A stretch of 64,000 nt of DNA, taken from an uncultured Gemmatimonadales bacterium. Lineage in GTDB: Bacteria; Gemmatimonadota; Gemmatimonadetes; Longimicrobiales; RSA9. Numbering within the stretch: position 1 is the first letter of the stretch; each line of letters opens with the position of its first letter. The position numbers were made by a program, and so were the translations under genes. A model generated the notes under the pieces. The model worked only from the letters and a program-made list of their open reading frames with translations. It made no database searches and was not told where the DNA came from. This document shows positions 62,193 to 64,000 of this stretch, in pieces. Location: NCBI GenBank assembly GCA_963798845.1, contig CAWCUS010000006.1, positions 1,024,001-1,088,000 of the forward strand, written 5' to 3'.

Positions 62193-63338
62193 ATGTCCAA
62201 GCCCCCGACGAAGCCCCGTTCGCGATGGAGGTCGATCGCCGCGAATCTCGCGCTGATGGTCGGCACGATCGTCGTGGTGCTGGTCCTGATCGAGGGCGCG
62301 CTGCGTTTGTTTCCCGAGCTGATGCCGGCGGGTCCGCGGCTGCGCGTGCACTGGGCCCGGCAGCGCGCGGTCACGTCGACGGCCGACCCGTACCTGGGGT
62401 TCGTCTATCCGGGTCACTATACGGGAGAGGGTGGAGCCGGGGAGGCGCTGTTCCGGTTCACTACAGACGAGCACGGCTTCCGCAATCCGACTCCCTGGCC
62501 GGATAGCGCGGATGTGGTGGCGGTCGGGGATTCGGAGACGTTCGGATTCGGCGTGGGCTACGACTCCACGTGGGCAGCACTGGTTTCCGGGGCCATGCCT
62601 TACTGCCGCCTCGTGAATCTCTCCCTTCCCGGCATGGCCCCCGAGCAGTACATGCGAACGTTCCGACGGTACGGCGTCCGGCTCCACCCGAAGGTGCTGC
62701 TGTTCGGTCTGTTCCCCGGCAACGACATGCAGGACCAGGCCGAGTTCACGGCCTGGGAGAGGGCGGGTGCGCCCGGGGACTTCGGCGGCTGGAAGTTCAA
62801 CCGAGGCCGTCGCCCCAACATTGTGGACCGCGCGCTGCAGCGCACCTACCTGTACTGGCTGGTGCGCGAGACGGCCCACAACTTCTCCTGGTCGACAGAG
62901 AAGCCGCAGACCTTCGCGGATGGCAGCCGCATCCGGTTCACGCCTTCGATGCTGGAGAGCCAGGCGGCGTACATGCAACCCGGGAAGCCCGCGTTCGACC
63001 GCGTGCTCCAGGTCCTGGAGCAGACCCGCCAGGAGGCGAAGGCTGCGGGAACGCGCATGATCGTCATGCTCTTTCCGACGAAGGAGGAGGTCTACCTTCC
63101 GCTCCGGGGCGAATCGGTGCCCGACCTGACCGGCCCGATCGTCGACGAGCTGGAGCGGCGAGGCATGCCGTACCTGGATCTGACCGAGCCGATGCAGGAA
63201 AAGGCGAGGGGAGGTCAGCGGCTGTTCTTCGAGGTGGACGGACACCCGAACGCAGCCGGCTACCGCGTGATCGCGCGAGCCGTGCTCGATCGGCTGCGTC
63301 AGGACGCTCGGGACTACGGGCTCGCCGGCTGCGATTAG
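62193..63338 (+). CDS. membrane-anchored SGNH/GDSL hydrolase (AlgX/AlgJ-like)
   Basis: N-terminal TM, VGDSETFG, PGND, DGHPNAAG. Confidence 0.8.
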   Translation: MSKPPTKPRSRWRSIAANLALMVGTIVVVLVLIEGALRLFPELMPAGPRLRVHWARQRAVTSTADPYLGFVYPGHYTGEGGAGEALFRFTTDEHGFRNPTPWPDSADVVAVGDSETFGFGVGYDSTWAALVSGAMPYCRLVNLSLPGMAPEQYMRTFRRYGVRLHPKVLLFGLFPGNDMQDQAEFTAWERAGAPGDFGGWKFNRGRRPNIVDRALQRTYLYWLVRETAHNFSWSTEKPQTFADGSRIRFTPSMLESQAAYMQPGKPAFDRVLQVLEQTRQEAKAAGTRMIVMLFPTKEEVYLPLRGESVPDLTGPIVDELERRGMPYLDLTEPMQEKARGGQRLFFEVDGHPNAAGYRVIARAVLDRLRQDARDYGLAGCD

Positions 63339-63342
63339 CGGG

Positions 63343-64000
63343 ATGGTGGTGAGCGGAGGGCATGGGCCAGTGGAGGGTGGTTACCGTTTGCCGGAGGGTT
63401 TCCTGCTCGGCGCAGCGACATCGAGCCACCAGGTGGAGGGGAACAACCGCTGGAACGACTGGTGGGCGGCCGAGGAAGCCGGCCGGCTGCCGCATCGGTC
63501 CGGCGCGGCCTGCCGGCACTACGACCTGTTCGAGCTCGACCTCGACCTGGCGCGCGAGGCCGGTCACAACGCGCACCGCTTTTCCATCGAGTGGAGCCGC
63601 GTGGAGCGGGCCCCAGGTGTGTGGGACCCGGCGGCGCTCGAGCATTACCGCCAGGTGATCCGCGCGTGCACAGCCCGCGGCATCGAGCCGATCGTCACCC
63701 TGCAGCATTTCACCCTCCCGCTCTGGGCGGCGCGCCGCGGCGGCTGGAGCAACCCGGCGAGCTGCGGGTGGTTCCACCGCTACGCCGGGCACGTCGCCCG
63801 GGAGCTGGGCGACGGCGTGCGCTACTGGATCACCATCAACGAGCCGTCGGTGTGCCTGAAGCACGGCTACGTGACCGGTGACTGGCCGCCGCAGCGGCGG
63901 CGGTCGTGGGCGCGCGGCGCCGTCGCATTCTTCAACATGGCGCGCGCGCACCGTGCCGGCCGACAGGCGATCCGCCGCCACTGGCCGCACGCGTTGGTGG
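63343..64000 (+). CDS. glycoside hydrolase family 1, 5' part (runs off window end)
   Basis: Read by hand: LPEGFLLGAATSSHQVEG, RFSIEWSRVE, TLQHFTLP, WITINEP. Confidence 0.9.
   Translation, partial: MVVSGGHGPVEGGYRLPEGFLLGAATSSHQVEGNNRWNDWWAAEEAGRLPHRSGAACRHYDLFELDLDLAREAGHNAHRFSIEWSRVERAPGVWDPAALEHYRQVIRACTARGIEPIVTLQHFTLPLWAARRGGWSNPASCGWFHRYAGHVARELGDGVRYWITINEPSVCLKHGYVTGDWPPQRRRSWARGAVAFFNMARAHRAGRQAIRRHWPHALV

Noticed and set aside
61846..64000. Genomic island integrated at tRNA-Arg(CCG)
   Set aside because: No integrase and no duplicated tRNA 3' end seen in the window; cannot be excluded beyond the edge

Overview
This is a GC-rich bacterial chromosomal window. The gene content (SusC/SusD pair, PadR plus duplicated ABC permease, many lipoproteins) suggests a Gemmatimonadota-like organism; this is inference only. 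It is mostly housekeeping genes: trxB, a class A PBP, fumC, nfo, a folE pterin cluster, an acyl-CoA ligase operon, a Lon paralog, a LeuA-family enzyme, an ECF sigma cassette, an IDH/IMDH-family enzyme and an acyl-CoA dehydrogenase. It also holds a phosphate-starvation island (FN3 lipoprotein, TonB receptor, phoB, phoR, STAS-like gene, porin, pstB, phoU) and four RNA genes (probable 6S RNA, tRNA-Arg(ACG), RNase P RNA, tRNA-Arg(CCG)). No transposase, integrase, cas gene or CRISPR array was seen. The most unusual structure lies between rnpB and tRNA-Arg(CCG): four tandem 101-bp structured units, each starting with the first 17 nt of the tRNA. Other notable signals are a 46-bp palindromic tandem array with a T-loop-like motif, five 11-bp-periodic GT(G/T)AC Pho-box-like arrays, absence of pstSCA, a frameshifted TonB receptor leader, a doubly in-frame-deleted CysQ/IMPase remnant, a Lon with a degenerate AAA+ motor, and two PTPS paralogs with different signatures around folE.
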